This document shows positions 61,756 to 64,000 of a DNA stretch of 64,000 bases, in pieces (the first letter of the stretch is position 1; each line of letters opens with the position of its first letter). Position numbers and translations under genes: made by a program. The notes beneath the pieces were generated by a model that was not told the origin of the DNA, ran no database searches, and saw only the letters and a program-made list of their open reading frames with translations. Origin of the DNA: Pseudovirgaria hyperparasitica (lineage: Eukaryota); NCBI GenBank assembly GCA_010093815.1, contig ML996581.1; one strand, written 5' to 3'.

Positions 61756-64000
61756 GAGAATCGTCAAAATTTCAGGGAAGGACCAGGAAAATTAGTGCTT
61801 GAAAAAATGCACCAGAGAAGAATCAAACGCCGTGTTAAGGGAATGAGACGATAACATACTACATGCAGATCAAAGGTCTCGTATGCATGCATTTTGAACT
61901 ACTCTTGATGGTGGAACGCCCAGAAATGCAGATGGCGAGCGATTTGGATAAACTTGCATCATGTCCGTGTCACGCCATACCAAAGCGCGCGAGGAAGGCT
62001 TCTAGAGAGTAGCATGAAAGATACCTGGCATGGCTGCAGCAAAACGCTCATAGCTCGCATGGATTACTCAGAAGCCTGTTCACCCAACGAATGGTGATGG
62101 AAGTCTCATATGCTGCCACTAGCTTTAGTGCTACGAAACAGCGAGACGTCACTAACGTGCCAAGCAAACTGTTCTATCGCTGTATGTGGAGGTCTTCCAG
62201 AATGATTGAATCAGGTATAATTATGCCTCAGTCCGTGAACGTGTTTGGGTGACAGATAGCCCCCATCTTTAATATGCAATGTCGGGGGCATTCCTAGGTA
62301 TGGCGACATCGCAAGTCCGGCGATCTCCACTTCTTGCTTTACTGTGCCCAGGCGGCCAAGCCGTTGATCCAGTCATGGGATCTTTACAGCCGAAGTTAAG
62401 ACGATGAATCAGGAAGACTCCATGTTGTTGCGACATCTGTAATGGCACCCTTCAAGGGTTGCAATGCAGGTCTCCTGTAACACGTGATGTAGGATTGAAC
62501 ATATGCGCGCATGTCATATCCTCCTATTATGAAACGTTCTCCGCAGTTTCGTATTCAAGATTAGCTTCACGTAGGGCCGACGTCCATAAGATGACTAACA
62601 TTGGAGCAGGAATTGGAAGATTGGCCGTAGTATATATGTATGTATATATACATGCAACACTATCTGTGGGATGCCTGATGCTTGTAGTAGTGTTATTCAA
62701 CAATCAGTTGCCGCCAGGGCCGTAGCTTTGGATGACACTCAATAACAGATTGGCAGGTGTACTATGTACATATTATATAGCATCAACTGGTGGTCTGAGA
62801 CATGAAATTCGTTGACTTGCCCCCAGCCGCGCCCGGGGCCGCTGCGTGGATCTGGCGCTAGACTCTTTCGAGCGCGCGATTTGATTTGCTCTTCTCCTAC
62901 GACATAGATAGAATCCTAAGTACATGTTCTATGCCATAGATAGAGACTTATTATAGTAGAACGTAAGTTGACAAACAAGAGGTGCTATTTTAGGCCGTTC
63001 AAAAGCTGAACGAGGCTAATACCTGCGATCGCACTCATACGTATACTTATAAGTACACATTTCAGGTATTATTACCGTATATTTAAATATAGAACCTGAG
63101 CTAAGGAGAAAGACATCGGGGAAGAAAGTGCCAAGGCCGGCAAGCAGACTCATTAAGTCTCTCGTCCCAACACCACAAGCGTTTTATAGCAACTACCATC
63201 TGCAATGATATCGTTCGAACATCAAAAAGCCAAACCTCAAGCTGAGACACTGCTGCACTGTTTAAGCCATCAGACACACTTCAAGGTGTTTTGATAAATG
63301 GGTTCCGCGGCGGTAAGGCACAGGGGAGTCACGACAACCTTGGAAGCCACCTGAACCGCCCGGTTCTTCGGCCAACTAATTAGGGACAAAATGCCTTTGA
63401 CAGTGGTCGTGCCGGTCCACCGACGACGACGCACCTCGCGTCACGATCTCCAGTATTGTGCACGCAAACTCTATCATTCATCTCATGGTCAATTCGATTG
63501 TGATAGAGATTGCTCCGCTAGTATATAGATTTGAGGAATATTGCGGTTCCAAGGGTGTATGTAGTAAACAGTTGATAGTTTCCACATCCATCCGGTCCGG
63601 TAAGACCAATGAAGCAGCTGTAACGAAACGAGAGTCCATCAACGGCATTGTATGAGTTAGTGTATACATACTACAAAGTGAGTTGGTCAAGAGAAGTCTA
63701 TCTGACCAACGTGTCCTCGCCGCTAATGGTCGAAAAAATGCCTCAACTCTGTGCTGCCCGAGATGATGTCAGCAAAGTACATAAGTAAACTCACTAATGA
63801 AGATCTAGACCTCTACGCTGGTTCAATGAGCAGACACGATGCAATAGAAATACTGTTGGGGCATGGTAGCGCCGCGGAGTGCTTTGCTTGCGATCGCCGC
63901 AGGCGTCAGGAAGTTTGTAAGCCCATTCCTCCTGGTCCGAACTTTGGACTCATGATAACAAATGGAACTAGCACGTCAAATTCGCAGCTGCTTGAGCCAC

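Overview
Eukaryotic DNA from a filamentous ascomycete (Pezizomycotina; Dothideomycete-like by impression only). Evidence: short 44-135 nt GT-AG introns with CTRAY-type branch sites, and recognisable fungal genes. I can support 16 intact protein-coding genes and one disrupted gene. In order: flbC-type C2H2 factor inside a ~13 kb microsatellite-rich gene desert; small Cys/His zinc-ribbon protein; divergent EAF6/TFIIS pair; HET-domain gene broken by a nonsense codon and a frameshift; coiled-coil hypothetical; PTH11-like membrane protein; secreted flavin amine oxidase; TM-RING-H2 ligase; ACE1/SltA; Msb1-like protein divergent from RlmA; penta-EF-hand Pef1; DHA2 MFS pump; tandem-domain hypothetical; MUP1-like permease. 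I found no tRNA, rRNA, intact transposon, CRISPR or secondary-metabolite backbone gene, and no unambiguous new multi-gene system. Best leads: (i) all three coding introns of ACE1/SltA are 3n and stop-free; (ii) repeated sharp C-rich-to-G-rich skew flips inside genes; (iii) an msb1-rlmA-pef1 cell-integrity trio with MEF2-type sites; (iv) the TAATTA-rich flbC desert; (v) frequent AAG acceptors. All exon boundaries and motif counts were done by eye.
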